Positions 12,480-25,678 of a stretch of DNA of 64,000 bases are shown here, piece after piece. Both the position numbers and the translations under genes were made by a program. The notes under the pieces were generated by a model, which searched no databases, was not told the origin of the DNA, and saw only the letters and a list, made by a program, of their open reading frames with translations. Location: the NCBI GenBank assembly GCA_030390025.1, contig CM059432.1, positions 129,024,001-129,088,000 on the forward strand, given 5' to 3'. How positions within the stretch are numbered: position 1 is the stretch's first letter; the number at the start of each line of letters is the position of its first letter. The DNA is from Squalus acanthias. Lineage: Eukaryota.

Positions 12480-13130
12480 GAAGCTCCTTCATGTGTAGAC
12501 ATTGGAGGCAGTAGGTTCAATGCCATTCTTTGGAGAGACAGTACATCTGTGCCCACTCCTTGCAGCCCACTGAGGCTGGGTATAGGCTCAGTCCCACCCA
12601 GGTCTCATAAGCCCTGTGAAAGTGTCCACGGCACTACGGCAGTACTGTTAGCTGCCACTCCAGAAGTCCTTAGAAGCTGAGCTGTTCCTGGCGCCTTTGA
12701 TGCCGCAGAGATCTCCTTGGGCTGTCAGTCTTCAGAGTGATTTTCAAGTTGTGGAAAACAATGTGGACAGAAACTGGGTGGCACTACGGATGTCCCCAGT
12801 ACTAGCCTAGAAGTACTTGGAAGTTGCCTGGTGCTTCAGAACTGAGTGCCAGGCTGACTTTGATACCTACTGGCAATACTGTACTGATGGTAGATGTTGT
12901 GCAGAGGTCTTCATAACGGCACAGTTCTGTCATAGTCTTCCTCATAAGCTAAAGCCTCCTTAGACACGTGTCTACCGCCATCCCAGGTAACCATGCCTGG
13001 AACAAGAGACCTGCTGCATAGAAGAGTGGTGGCACTTGACAGTACATCTGACATCACAGGCAGCCCTTCACTGCTCTTGCTGGTCCTTCTCTGCCAGGCC
13101 TAGTGCTACTAGAGCACTGAATGCAGTCCC
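12480..13130 (-). pseudogene. Highly degraded Harbinger transposase-like remnant
   Basis: Minus strand gives CLRRL*LMRKTMTELC and LPVGIKVSLAL..GNFQ, resembling CIRRLRFSKEVLTKLC and LSVTVKVTIAL..GSFQ at 47990-48145; limits uncertain. Confidence 0.45.
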
Positions 13131-14358
13131 TGTAGCGGCCAAAAACCTAGAAACCTGAAGAAATTTGATCCACTTACTTTTGGACAAAGAGTCCAGCTTG
13201 CTTCCTGTAGCCTTCCCCATTACGCCTGCTCCATTTGTAGGTGATGAAAGCATCGCGCTACCAATCTGTTTAATGCCATATGGGGGCGAATGGCCCCTAA
13301 GTATCCAACTGGCTAGTGTGATTTGAACTTAGTTTTTAAACATCCAGCAGTTGAGTGCAGACTGGGAAGTGTGCGAGACACACACACGGAACAGTCTCCA
13401 ATGGCAGTGGTTTCCCAGGCTTTAGTAACTCACAGTTTGCCCATAATTAGCAGGAGAGCAGCAATTTGCAGGCGAGTGTTCTGAAGCGACACACCATTGC
13501 CCGCAGCTCCTGTTCAAAAGCACATTTGCTAGTTGACACGATATCTTGAATAGGAGAAAAGGTCAAAAGGAGATAAAGTTTCAGGTGATGAAGAGTCTCA
13601 TTACGCGATGATCTCTGTCAGATGTCAAAAATTTGTTGTTCCTGACCCCTGTGGTCAGTTGTCAAACCTCCAAGGGTCAGGGGGATAAACTGGTGTTGCA
13701 AAAACCTTTCAACAAGTCCTGATCATATGGAGACACAAACAGTTACATTCCCACATCAGGCAGTTTGTTATTTTTACGTAAGCTTTTTCGTGTGTCAGCT
13801 TTCCCCCTTTTCTGCTTTGAAAATCCTAACTTTCGCTGGGATATGTTTCCAGGGCGAGGCGGCAGCCCAGGTGACGACTCTCCATGAACTGCTAGGCTAT
13901 TTGATCATGGGCGGCATCGCAGCCGAGAGGTATTCCTGCTCTCGCAGGTGGGTGAGGTAGCCTTACACGTTCATACTGTCGAGGCGGTGGCCGCAGAGCT
14001 TGGAAATTCAGGCACCGGCTGCCCATGATTTTATCAGTCAGAAAATCGAGGCAGCGCGCATGTCTGCATTTCCCATCGGTAATGTGGGCTGGTAGGATTA
14101 CCCCCCCCCCTCACTGTCCACTTTGCAACAAAAATGACTAGATACTGATGCTGAGCCGTGGCTGATAAGGTGCACAGATGCTAATTGCAGCATCCCACAG
14201 TTTCCCCAGCTGCGAACTCAGCACTGATCAAAAATCAAGCCTGGAATCTTGGTCATGTGTGTGGCTAAATGGTGCATTTACCCAGTAGGCCATTGAGAGA
14301 GCTATGTCTTAGTTTCCATTGATCATTCCAATGCATATCTACGTTATTCTGAAGTGGA

Positions 14359-14772
14359 AGAAAGAAAGATTTGCATTTAAACAGCGCCTTTCACGATCTC
14401 AGGATGTCTTTACATCCTATGAAGTACTTTTGGAGTGCAGTCACTGTTGTAATGTAGAGAAACGCCACAGCCAATTTGCGCACAGCAAGGTCCCACAAAC
14501 AGCAAAGAGATCATCTGTTTTAATGATGTTGGTTGAGGGATAAATATTGGTCAGGGCTCCCCTGCTCTTCTTCCAATATGCAATGGGATCTTACATCCAC
14601 CTGAGAGAGCAGACGGGGCCTCGGTTTAACGTCTCATCCGAAAGACGGCACCTCCGACAGTGCAGCACTCCCTCAGGAGTGTCAGCCTAGATTATGTGCT
14701 CAAGTCTCTGGTGTGGAATTTCAACCCAGAACCTTCTGACTCAGAGGCACGAGTGCTACCCACTGAGCCATG
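14359..14772 (-). mobile_element. Deu-domain tRNA-derived SINE (SacSINE1/AmnSINE-like)
   Basis: tRNA-like head (tggctcagtggg..gggttgaaattcc), core ggatgagacgttaaaccgaggccc, L2-like tail aaatgcaaatctttct. Confidence 0.8.
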
Positions 14773-15517
14773 GTGAAGGATCATCATTTACAGAATGTGC
14801 AGAGTAATGTCTATAGAGCCTATTTTTCCATTTTCTTACTACTGCTTACTTTTTATGAAGTTATCCAACTCGAATACTTCTAGGCTTTGTACCACAGTAC
14901 GTATGTGGTGCTGTAAATAATAACAGTGGCATAAAAAGTAGTGCAGTGTCGATCCCACCATCCCTTCTCTGTTAGCAGCAGGACCAGATTTCAATGCCAT
15001 TGGAAAGGAGGAAGTGACTGAGAAATTGTGATTCATGAAGTGGGACAAGCCTAACTAACCGAATTCCACTCAACTCTTGCTGATCTGTGGGCCTCAGGCT
15101 GGGATTATTATTTTGAGCTGATGTCGTGCAGACTCTTCACCCTTGGTTTTAATTTCTCATGTGGTAACATTAGGAGCATCGCAAAGTAGCAGCAAGATAG
15201 GAGATAGGATACGGAATGGCCATTTATGACAGTTTGCTATGTTTTCTTCACATTTTTTCCAGTGGAGTGAGGAGAAGCTCCTTAGATGTGTCATCATTTC
15301 TCTCTGATGCTCCAGCACGAGGTGAAAGATATGTCAATTGAGGTTTAAGTACTTATCCTGATAAATGTGTATAATATTTTGCCTCAAATACAACACAACT
15401 TTGCACAATAGTGCACCAAATCACTATTGGCATTCTCACTAACACTAACAATGATAATAAAAGTCAGCCCATACTTAATAAAGTTCATGCCATTATTATT
15501 ATAATGCCTTGCCTTTT

Positions 15518-16198
15518 TAAAAAATTAGTTTATGGGATGTGGGCGTCGCTGGCAAGGCCAGCATTTATTGCCCATCCCTAATTGCCCTCGAGAAGGTGGT
15601 GGTGAGCCCCCTTCTTGAACCGCTGCAGTCCGTGTGGTGAAGGTACTCCCACAGTGCTGTTAGGTAGGGAGTTCCAGGACGATGAAGGATCGGCGATATA
15701 CTTCTAAGTCAGGATGGTGTGTGACTTGGAGGGGAACTTGGAGGTGGTGGTGTTCACATGCGCCTGCTGCCCTTGTCCTTCTAGGTGGAAGAGGTCGCGG
15801 GTTTGGGAGGTGCTGTCGAAGAAGCTTTGGCGAGTTGCTGCAGTGCATCTTGTAGATGGTACACACTGCAGCCACGGTACGCCAGTGGTGGAGGGAGTGA
15901 ATGTTTAAGGTGGTAGATGGGGTGCCAATCAAGCGGGCTGCTTTGTCCTGGATGGTGTCGAACTCCTTGAGTGTTGTTGGAGCTGCACTCACCCAGGCAA
16001 GTGGAGAGTATTCCATCACACTCCTGACTTGTGCCTTGTAGATGGTGGAAAGGCTTTGGGGAGTCAGGAGGTGAGACACTCGCCGCAGAATACCTAGTCT
16101 CTGACCTGCTCTTGTTGCCACAGTATTTATGTGGCTGGTCCAGTTAAGTTTCTGGTCAATGGTGACCCCCCAGGATGTTGATAGTGGGGGATTCGGCA
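15518..16198 (-). mobile_element. 3' fragment of a CR1-group LINE (second family)
   Basis: GVTIDQKLNWTSHI..IYKAQVRSVMEY..LHHWRTVAAV; same family at 43103-43788 and 55440-56165. Confidence 0.85.
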
Positions 16199-17299
16199 AT
16201 TTAATGTGAGGATGCGCACTTTTAGCAACTCTTAACAGACTTATTTGTTACCAAATATAGTTTAATGAAAAAAACTACTGGTCATTTGCAAATTCTGTTG
16301 TGCGTTAAACAGCTGCACATAGCTCCAACCTAAAACATAGTCAGTTTATCATATCTGATGATCATCATACTGATGTCTGGTTAAATATCCCAAAATAAGC
16401 TGCCCTATTTACTAAATGTAGATTAGGTATGTTTCTGCAAAATGTCACAAGCTCATTTAATATTAAAACTGCGCATAAGCTTGCCAAATAACTGTCAGCG
16501 ATGTGATTCCCAGCTGGAGCACTGAAGGGAGTGATGAGTAGGGTGGAACATTTTCCCACAGGGAGAGAGGAAGAATGGAAAGATAGTCACCCCCACGCTG
16601 CTCTTGGGCACTTCTAAAAGGCCAGTTAGAGAACAGGAGAAGCAACGGGCACGAGTGACTTGCCTGTTTGCCCTCTTACTTGCAGAATGGTGCATGCAGC
16701 GCAGTGGGAACAGGGGAAGAGGAAATAAAATTATAAAGAAACGGAACTTTCATTCGTTACACATCATTGAAAAATATGTACTTCACATGTACCGCAGAGT
16801 CAAAATATTATGGCCTATAAATTCAATCATGCTGTGCACTTTCCTCAGGCTCTAAACGGCCTCTTAAATGTCCAAAATGGCGGGCAGGGTGCGCGCGCTG
16901 ATTTCCAGCCGGAAGTGTGCCGTCCGCCATATTGGATCAGGCTTCTCTGTTGGCGTCAGGAGCACACAGCAGCAGTATTTATAATAATGAATATGTAAAT
17001 TAGGGTCCTGTGCTTCGTGCAGGACCCTTTCCCAATTTTGGGCCGCCCCAGTGCCTGACTCACCACACGCTGAACTCACCCAGCAACACGTGGCGCTAAC
17101 CGGCAGGAAGGACGCCTCACCAGTGCTATTTAAAGGGATCATGCGGGGCTTATAGGTTAGTTGCAGGTCTGTCATTTCAGGCTGCTGGTTAACCTCTGGG
17201 CATTTCTTGGTGTGTTTTCTCACACTGGAAAGTTCACTTTGTCTGCAAAGAACAAGATTTTGCTGGTGTAGCACTATTGTTGGCTGCCTCACGGATAGT

Positions 17300-20200
17300 T
17301 TAACTACAGTCCTGGGCGGTCTGGTACAGCTGCCTTCGGGGCTGAAGGACAAGGGGAAACAGCAAGGAAGACAGCAGAGAGCGGGGGGGGCCTGCCATAA
17401 GAAGGGAGGAAGAGGAAGGCACTGCGCAGGAGGCCATATACACAGCAGCTATTCAGAGAACTCTTCTCCTACCTGAACTTGAGCAATGTCACAGGCACCT
17501 TTGCTTCACCAAGGATGCTGTCACCGAGCTATGTCACCTGCTGCAGCCACAACTCCAGCCTCACACCAGGCATGGACAGCCCTGCCTGTGGCTGTCAAGG
17601 TCATCTTGACCATTAACTTTTATGCCACGGGCGCCTTCCAGGCTGCAGCAGCTCATTTCAGCCACATCTCACAGTTCACATTTCACCGCTGTACCAGGGA
17701 GGTCACCGAGCTCCCTACACCAGGCGGAACACCTACATTTCTTTCCCTATGGACAGAGCGAAGCAGGATGAGCGAGCTCTAGGCTTTGCCTGCATGGCAG
17801 GTTTCTCCAGAGTGCCAGGTGCCATAGACTGCTCACACATTGCCTTGCGTACTCCCGAACGCCAGCCTGGCATTTTTATCAATTGCAAGGGATTCCTTCT
17901 TCTTCTTAGGCAGTCCCTTGGAACCGAGGATCACTTGCTTCCACATTAAAAATGAGTTCGCAGGTGACTGATGAGTCCGATGTGGGACCTATAGTCTCTG
18001 TCACAGGTGGGGCAGACGGTGGTTGAAGGGGCGGGTGGGTGGGGTGCTTGGGTTGACGTGCGCTCCTTGCGCTGCCTGCGCTTGGCTTCCGCTTGCTCCC
18101 GGTGAAGAGACTCGAGGTGTTCGGCGCCTTCCTGGATGCTTCTCCTCCACTTTGTACGGTCTTGGGCCAGGGATTCCCAGGTGTCGGTGGGGAGGTTGCA
18201 CTTTTTCAAGGAGGCTTTGAGGGTGTCCTTGAAGCATTTCCTCTGCCCACCTGGGGCTCTCTTGCCGTGCCGGAGCTCCGATTAGAGCGCTTGTTTTGGG
18301 AGTCTCGTATCGGGCATGTGGACAATGTGACCCATCCATCGGAGCTGATCGAGCATGGTCAAAGCTTCGATGCTGGGGATGTTGGCCTGAGCGAGAACAC
18401 TGACGTTGGTGCGCCTATCCTGCCAATGGATTTGCAGGATCTTGTGGAGGCAGCGTTGGTGGTACCTCTCCAGTGCTTTGAGGTGCCTGCTGTACATGGT
18501 CCATGTCTCTGAGGCATACAGCAGGGCGGGTATCACAGCTGCTCTGTAGACCATGAGCTTAGTGCCGGGTTTGAGGTCCTGGTCTTCAAACACTCTCTTC
18601 CTCAGGCGACCGAAGGCTGCACTGGCACACTGAAGGTGGTGTTGGACTTCGTCATCGACGTCTGCCCTTGTTGACAGTAGGCTCCCGAGGTATGGAAAGT
18701 GGTCCACGTTGTCCAGGGCCTTGTCGTGGATTTTGATAATCGGGGGGCAGTACTGTGTGGCGGGGGCAGGTTGGTAGAGGACCTTTGTCTTACGGATGTT
18801 TAGCGTAAGGCTCATGCTCTCGTACGCTTCGGTGAAGGTGTTGACGATGGTTTGGCATTTGACCTCCGAGTGAGCGCAGATGCAAGCGTCATCTGCATAC
18901 TGTAATTCAACGACAGAGGATGGGACGACCTTGGATCTGGACTGGAGGCGACGGAGGTTGAACAGTTTCCCATTTGTTCTGTAAATTAGCTCCACTCCAG
19001 CGGGGAGCTTACTGAGGGTGAGATGGAGCATTGCAGCAAGGAAGATCGAGAAGAGCGTTGGTGCGATGACACAGCCTTGCTTGACCCCGGTTCGTACGTG
19101 AATTGGGTCTGTGGTGGAACCGTTGGTCAGGATCACAGCTTGCATGTCATCGTGAAGCAGGCGGAGGATGGTGACAAACTTTTGAGGGCAGCCGAATTTG
19201 AGGAGGTGACTCCATAATCCCTCACGGTTGACAGTGTCGAAGGCCTTTGTGAGGTCAAAGAAGGCCAGGTACAGCGGTTGGTGCTGTTCCCTGCATTTCT
19301 CTTGTAATTGGCGCGCGGTGAAGATCATGTCCATTGTGCCCCTAAGTGGGCGGAATCCGCATTGCGACTCTGGGAGGAGCTCTTCAGCCACTGGGAGAAG
19401 GCGATTGAGGAGGATTCTTGCGATGACTTTCCCTGTGGCAGACAGCAGGGAAACTCCTCTGTAATTACCGCAATCGGACTTGTCACCTTTCTTGAAGATG
19501 GTCACAATTACGCCGTCTCTGAGATCCCCTGGCATGCTCTCCTCCTTCCAGATAAGAGAAATTAGTTAATGAATTCGCGCCAGTAGTGCTTCTCCGCCAT
19601 GCTTTAGTGCCTTGGCGGGGATTCTATCTGCTCCTGAGGCCTTGTTGTTCTTCAGTTGTCAGATGGCCTTTTCAACCTCATGCCGGGCTGGGGTTGTGCT
19701 GAGATGGTGGCGGGTAGCATGCTGCAGGGATGGAGTTGAGGACACACCAAGGGATTCCACTCCCTCAACATCCAGCTGGTTTGTGACCACGGGAAGCGCA
19801 CCATGCAGGTCTGTGCCCGCTATCCTGGCAGCAGTCACCATTCTTTCATTCTGCACCAGTCCTCTGAGTCGCCTTGATTCCAACCAGGCCGGCAAGTTAC
19901 AGACTGGCTAATGGCCGACAGGGCTATCCCCTCGAGACATGGCTCGTGACTCCTGTCAGCAACTCAGGCACAGCTGCAGAGCAGGCCTACAACGAGAGCC
20001 ATGCCGCCACAAGAAACATCATCGAGCAAACAATCAGTGTGCTCAAGCAGCGCTTCCGCTCCCCAGACCGTTGCGGAGGAGCTTTGCAGTACACCCCTGA
20101 GCAGGTATCCAGAATTGTGGTTGTCTGCTGCATGTTGCATAACTTTGCCATCATGAGAGACCAACCCTCATCACCACATGGACAACGCGAAGTGTAGCAG

Positions 20201-20308
20201 GAGCAAAAGGAGCATGAAGAGGAGGAAGAGCAGGAGCGACATCGACCACCAGTGCCACTAGCTGCCAGAGCTCTCAGACAGCAGCTCATCGAAGAGTGCT
20301 TCACCTAA
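17300..20308 (+). pseudogene. Harbinger DDE transposase split by RTE insertion
   Basis: [33 protein letters not shown] across the insertion, GYPLETWLVTP, YNESHAATRNIIEQTISVLKQRFR, CCMLHNF; frameshifted; start approximate. Confidence 0.88.
17897..19747 (-). mobile_element. 5'-truncated RTE-clade LINE
   Basis: 11-bp TSD CAAGGGATTCC (17886-17896, 19748-19758); (AAG)n 3' tail; RT ORF 18282..19535 (ESQCGFR, FFDLTKAFD, GVKQGC, LQYADD); C-terminal CPTC..HLRTH. Confidence 0.93.
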
Positions 20309-20724
20309 GTCAACCCTTCCATCCCCAATACACCAACAGTCCTGGAATCCTTACCAACATCCTTACTACCACCATCCGATTGCCTTCCTTTCAACCCAGC
20401 TTTATGGGTCTTGGCTTCACTTCACTACAAAGATAAACACCAACACCAAATCCAGAACAAAAAACACATATACCAAACATCTCAATTCACAGTATTGTGA
20501 GGTGTTTAGAGAATGTGCCTGTCATGGAGAATAGCTGGTATGGAGTGTGTCAGATGTGAGTTATGGGAAGCGAGGGTTGGAATAGCGGTTAGTGTGAGGA
20601 GAAGGAATTGTAGTGAATTATGGTTCCAAGATTGCAGGCGAGTGAAGGGACGTGGGGAAGGGTAGTACTGTGAGCAGTGAGGCTGGAGGTGTTGGAGGTG
20701 TGAGCAGAGAGTAAGAGAGCAGTA

Positions 20725-20955
20725 TTCTGACCATAGGTCATTGAACTTTTTCCGGCATTGCAGCCATGCCCTGGGAGCTGAGTCCCTGACACTCACTTGC
20801 CCTGCCACCTCTTTTTAATGGCAATGGGGTTGATGCCTGGAGGGTTTCCTCCCTGGGGGAAAGGGGATGTTCCTCCTCGAGCCCCATGCCTCGACCAGGG
20901 CCTCCAAAGCAGCATTTGTGAACCTGGGGGCACGATTTGCAGGTTGAGCAGCCAT
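20725..20955 (-). pseudogene. Harbinger family B Myb/SANT gene exon 1 (downstream exons deleted)
   Basis: MAAQPANRAPRFTNAALEALVEAW...RAWLQCRKKFNDL with indels. Confidence 0.75.
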
Positions 20956-21292
20956 TTCTCTCCTTCCAAGTGCTTCCTTCTTTCATAAGCCAGAGTACAC
21001 CTCCCCTTTAGGAGGTGCAGGCTGCCTTTAAGTGGCGTCAGAGAGGTCCGATATCCGTCCCCAGAAACAGGTGTGTAGCCAATGAATAAGTGCTGGTGGC
21101 ACAGCTGCGTGATGATAACCAGCAGGCAACACAAATATTACGTGATGCTTGAGTCAACACTAACAGGAAATTGCATTTCCAGGCTTATCTTTTCAGATGG
21201 AAGTTTTGCCTCAGCTAGATGGCATAGCCTGGTAACATATTGCTGTGCATCTTGAACATCATTCTTTCAGTTGCACTCTATCCCTTTCCATT

Positions 21293-21618
21293 CATACGAA
21301 CATATGAACAATGACGGACAGGTAAAGACCCTCTGGTCCATCGAGCCTGTCCCACACCATTGCGATACCTTGTGTATCAGCATATATACACTCTCCACCC
21401 CACCCGAAACCACGTGATCTCCTGGGAGAGGCAAAAAAAAGATTAAAAACTCAGTCCAATTTGGGGGGGAAAAATCTGGGAAATTCCTCTCCGACCCATC
21501 TAGGCGATCAAAGCTAGTCCAGGAGATCACTCTGGCCCTGAATTTCCTGCAGTACCTACCTTCTATAAGAGATGATCTCCGCCCCAGCCAGAAACAGATC
21601 CCGCTCCCGCTTCCATCC
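21293..21618 (-). mobile_element. CR1-type 3' end fragment
   Basis: (CATAYGAA)n tail and ctggtccatcgagcctg 3' UTR motif on the minus strand. Confidence 0.55.
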
Positions 21619-21620
21619 TA

Positions 21621-21917
21621 CAGGAAACTCTTTATTAACCGGCACCGATGGGACCGGCGTGGTGCCGGTTGATCAAAAAGTCCGGATTACAGAGAGGTAT
21701 ACTTACCAAGGTACGAGAGCCCCGTACACGGCCACAGGTGCAGGAGCCCCGGTTACATGGCCACAGATCCAGGAGTCCCTGGTGCACGACCACAGGTGCA
21801 GGAACCCCGGTTACACGGCCACTAATATATAGTAAAACTTACCTGAACCTACTCCTGAATTTTGCCGGTTAAGAGAGATTTCCGATATTTAGGTGTCGGT
21901 TAAAAGAGAGTTTCCTG
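21621..21917. mobile_element. Tc1/mariner (pogo/Tigger-like) MITE
   Basis: TA on both sides; 26-bp TIR CAGGAAACTCTTTATTAACCGGCACC with 3 mismatches; internal about 30-bp direct repeats. Confidence 0.8.
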
Positions 21918-23264
21918 TATTATGTTCTGTTCCATTGCATTTAAATTCTATTTAATTGGATTGGATTTGATTTGATTCCAATCTGTTCCATCCCATTCTG
22001 TTCTGTTATTTCTATTGTATTTTATTCTATAAGGTACCACCAATGGCAATGAGCAAAGAATTTTCTTTTAAAAGTCAATAAATATTTAGATGCAGCAGTG
22101 GACAAATGGTTAAGTGAAACAAAAACGACATCATTTTTCTGGATAAGTCAGATATTAATCTGAGTGTAAACTGATCCTGTTTCCTGGTAAAATCCTTTGA
22201 TTTTGTTCGGATACAATTTCTTTTTCTTCTTCTAACATTTTTGCCGAGATTAAATTTTTATTACTAAAGGATACAATTACCGCGTTAAAAACATGGAAAT
22301 ATTTCTCAAGGGAGATTTCATTTCATCCACTTTTTTTTTTACACCAAGACGTTACCAAAATTAAAAGCACAATAAAATGATGGTATTCCGTCTCGTCTTT
22401 GTCACCAGCTGAGGTTTGATACTTAATAAAAATGCAAATACCATAGATTAAAGCATCATTTCTGCTTTCAGCTCCATTGAGCATATTAGACTGATTCAGG
22501 ACAGTCCAGTCTATAACTTCTGAAGGATTGCATTGAACACGGGTTAAGATGGGTCAGCATGACCTGAAATTAGATGATGTCCCTCAAGGGATCTGCCACA
22601 GGCTGCCCAGAACCAGTTCATGTGCCAGGAGGTGTTAATGTATCTGCCTGCTCTCGAGTCTTCTGTTTTCTATTGAGATTCACACAAGAGATATATTCTG
22701 ACTCATTGATGTCTAAGGAAAGAGCTGGGAGATTTTTAATTCATTGGCCAGAGAGTTCCAACCATTTACGCTTGGTCATTTATTGGGAATGTGGTGAAAG
22801 TTTATATTAAGTGCTAATTTATAGGACATGCTTAAACAGGGTGTATATATATATATCCTGCAGATTTCATGCTTGGTGTTAAAAAGTCAAAATTTGACCT
22901 TTTGAAATTTGTATTGTGTGCATCTGCAATTTGGCTTGGTACCAAAAAGTTCCAGTGACATTTCACTGATTGTATTGGCGTGTGCCTCTTAACTATCTTG
23001 AGATTGATATCTGGTGAATGAAGTTTAGCAAATACATTTGTGTTTAAAAAGAATAGATGGTATTGCCTGCTCTTGTAAACGATCCTGCACTTTTAATGAA
23101 TGCAACCTGTAATATATTGAAAATAAACGGATCAATCTGAAGGACAAAATTGTTGTATCTTTCAATTCGCTTTTCACTATTAATTCACTGATAAGATACA
23201 ACCAGGTGCATCATTATTGTTTAGCTATACCTCTTTAATGTAAAACAAGTTGGATAGAAGGGCC

Positions 23265-23600
23265 CTTTGGAATCACTTGGTAGAACTCCTGCTCCTGAGT
23301 CTGAAGCACATTAATCTAGGCTAATGAGGTGGTGTATTGTTGGAGATGCTAAACCAAGATTCTGTCCACCAATTCTGGTGGTTCAAGTGGACAATGAAGA
23401 TGCCATCGCTCTATCTGAACAGAAGCAGGATGTCCCAGTGTCCTAACTAAGATTTGTCCCTCAAACAACATCAATAACAGATCATTCATGTTAGTGTTGT
23501 TTGTGAGGTCGTGCTGTGCACAACGTAACTGCCATGTTTGCCTACATAACAACAATCACTGTATTTCAAAGTAATTAAAGGCACAATATTAATGCAAAAC
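23265..23600 (+). mobile_element. Degraded Deu-domain SINE
   Basis: Colinear similarity to the reverse complement of 14359-14772. Confidence 0.5.
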
Positions 23601-23939
23601 TTCCTTCTTTTCTATGGTTGTGTATTGTTTGTTGCTGAAAACTTAGCAAAATCTGTAAGTATGGTGGGGTAGAGTTTTGTGTTCACCCCTTGGGCGGTAA
23701 TCTGGCAGAGTAGATCACACGTCTGTTGAAATCAATAGGATGAAAATCAGGTGTCAATCTTTTTTGCCCCAACAAATATCATCACCTAGGCAATGAAGAT
23801 GAAAATTTACCCTGCTATGTCCTCCATGTTCCTCCATTAAGCCATCACCGCTTGTTCCTCCTCAACTGTGCACGGTGACTCACCCAGTTCCATCTCCTCA
23901 AACTCAATAACTGATTCCTCCAGGATGTGCGAAGTTGTA

Positions 23940-24510
23940 TTGTTACTTGCAAATGCTTTTGTTATCTCCAGACTTGAATATTCCAATTGTCTCCTGGCCG
24001 GGCTTCCATCTTCCACCCACCGTACACTTGAGCTCTGCTGCCCGTGTCCTGACTCGCACCAAGTCCCGTTCACCCATCACCCTTGTGCTCGCTGACCTAC
24101 ATTGGCTCCCGGTCCAGCAATGCCTCAGATTTAAAATTCTCATGCTCCTGTTCAAATCCCTCCATGGCCTCGCCCCTCCCTATCTCTGTAACCTCCTCCA
24201 GCCCTACAACCCACCGAGATATCTGCATTCCTCGAATTCTGGCCTCTTGTGCATCCCCAATTTCTTTTGCCCCACCATTGGCAGCTATGCCTTCAGCTGT
24301 ATAAGCTCTGAGCTCTGGAATTCCCTCCCTAAACCTCTCCGCCTCTCTCTCCTCCTTTAAAATCTACCTCTTTGGCCAAGCTTTTGGCCACCTGTCTTAA
24401 TATTTCCTTATGTGACTCAGTGCCAAACTTTGTCTGATAACGCTCCTGCGAAGCGCCTTGCGACGTTTTACTACGCTAAAGGTGCTATATAAATGCAAGT
24501 TGTTGTTGTT
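23940..24510 (+). mobile_element. L2 (LINE2) 3' fragment
   Basis: ISRLEYSNCLLAGLP, PITLVLADLHWLPVQQ..FKIL..LHGLAPPYL; tail ggtgctatataaatgcaagttgttgtt. Confidence 0.85.
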
Positions 24511-25004
24511 GGTGAGGCGCATGCAGGGTTCTGCCAGGTCTTGGCTTGTCCTGGGCTGGCAGGCTCCTGTCCCAGGCCTAAAGTGTCGGAAAAGGACAAA
24601 TGGTAAAATGCTGGCTCTGAGACATCTCTTCAAACAAAGCTTGAATTGCAAGATACTAACTTGCATGTGATGTTTGTGTGGTTGTGTCTAAGCCTGTGTG
24701 GAAGTGCGTGAGAAGGGGCGCCATACATAAAAGCTGGGTGGTACTTTCCCTGAAGTTTGGGAGGCCTGTGGTTTCACTTTCCCCAACTCCCTCGTCATAC
24801 CCACCTCATTCAGCAACACTTCCACTTCTCCAGCTATCTAATAAGGGTTTCCTCATTTGCCCATGGACACAATTTCCTGCCCCTACATTTATTTTGGCTG
24901 CTACTGGTTTTGCCAGACACAATTTTGCCGCATACAACAATATTAAAAGCTGAGAAATAATAATAATTATTTGTCTAAAAAGTGGCAGATGAAATTAAAT
25001 AATT

Positions 25005-25639
25005 TTTAAAATTCATTATGGGCATCACTGGCAAGGCTGGCATTTATTGCCCATCCCAAGTTGTCCTGAGAAGGTGGTGGTGGGCCTTCTTCTGGAACCA
25101 CAGCAGATCGTGGTGGGGCAGTTTGATACAACTGAGTGGCCGGCTTGCTGGGCCATTTGAGTGAGCATTTAAAAGTTTGTGTGGGACTGGAGTCACATAT
25201 AGGCCAGACCAGGTAAGGGGAAGCAAGTTTCCTCCCCTGAAGTAACTTAGTGAACCAGTTGGATTTTTCTAACAATGGTCACTTTTACTGATACCACTTT
25301 TTTATTTCAAGTTTTAATAAACCAAACTCAGATTCTCAAACTGACATGGTGGGATTTGAACTCATAGGGCTGGATTTTGTCTTGGGGTCGGGTTGGGGTC
25401 GTGTAATCTGCATTTCGTGTTTCCCCCCCGACTCCAGATTAATGATGCAATTTTCACTTAATTGGGCAATTGAGTTCCAGCATGTGGGAACCCATGAACC
25501 AATTAGTGGTTTCAGTCTGAAAGTCGCCTCTGATGATGTCATCATTGCTTTGTCTCAGAGACTGTTGGTGAGAGAGGACCTGCCTGGCTTGCTTTTGATG
25601 TGAGTGGACCTGGATGCAAAATATGGGGGGGGGGGAGAA

Positions 25640-25678
<39 letters not shown>

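Larger units (their letters stand above)
16812..21185 (+). mobile_element. PIF/Harbinger transposon family B (with nested RTE)
   Basis: TAT target duplication (16809-16811, 21186-21188); TIRs GGCCTATAAATTCAA / AGCCTGGAAATGCAA; transposase on +, Myb/SANT exon on -. Confidence 0.88.
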
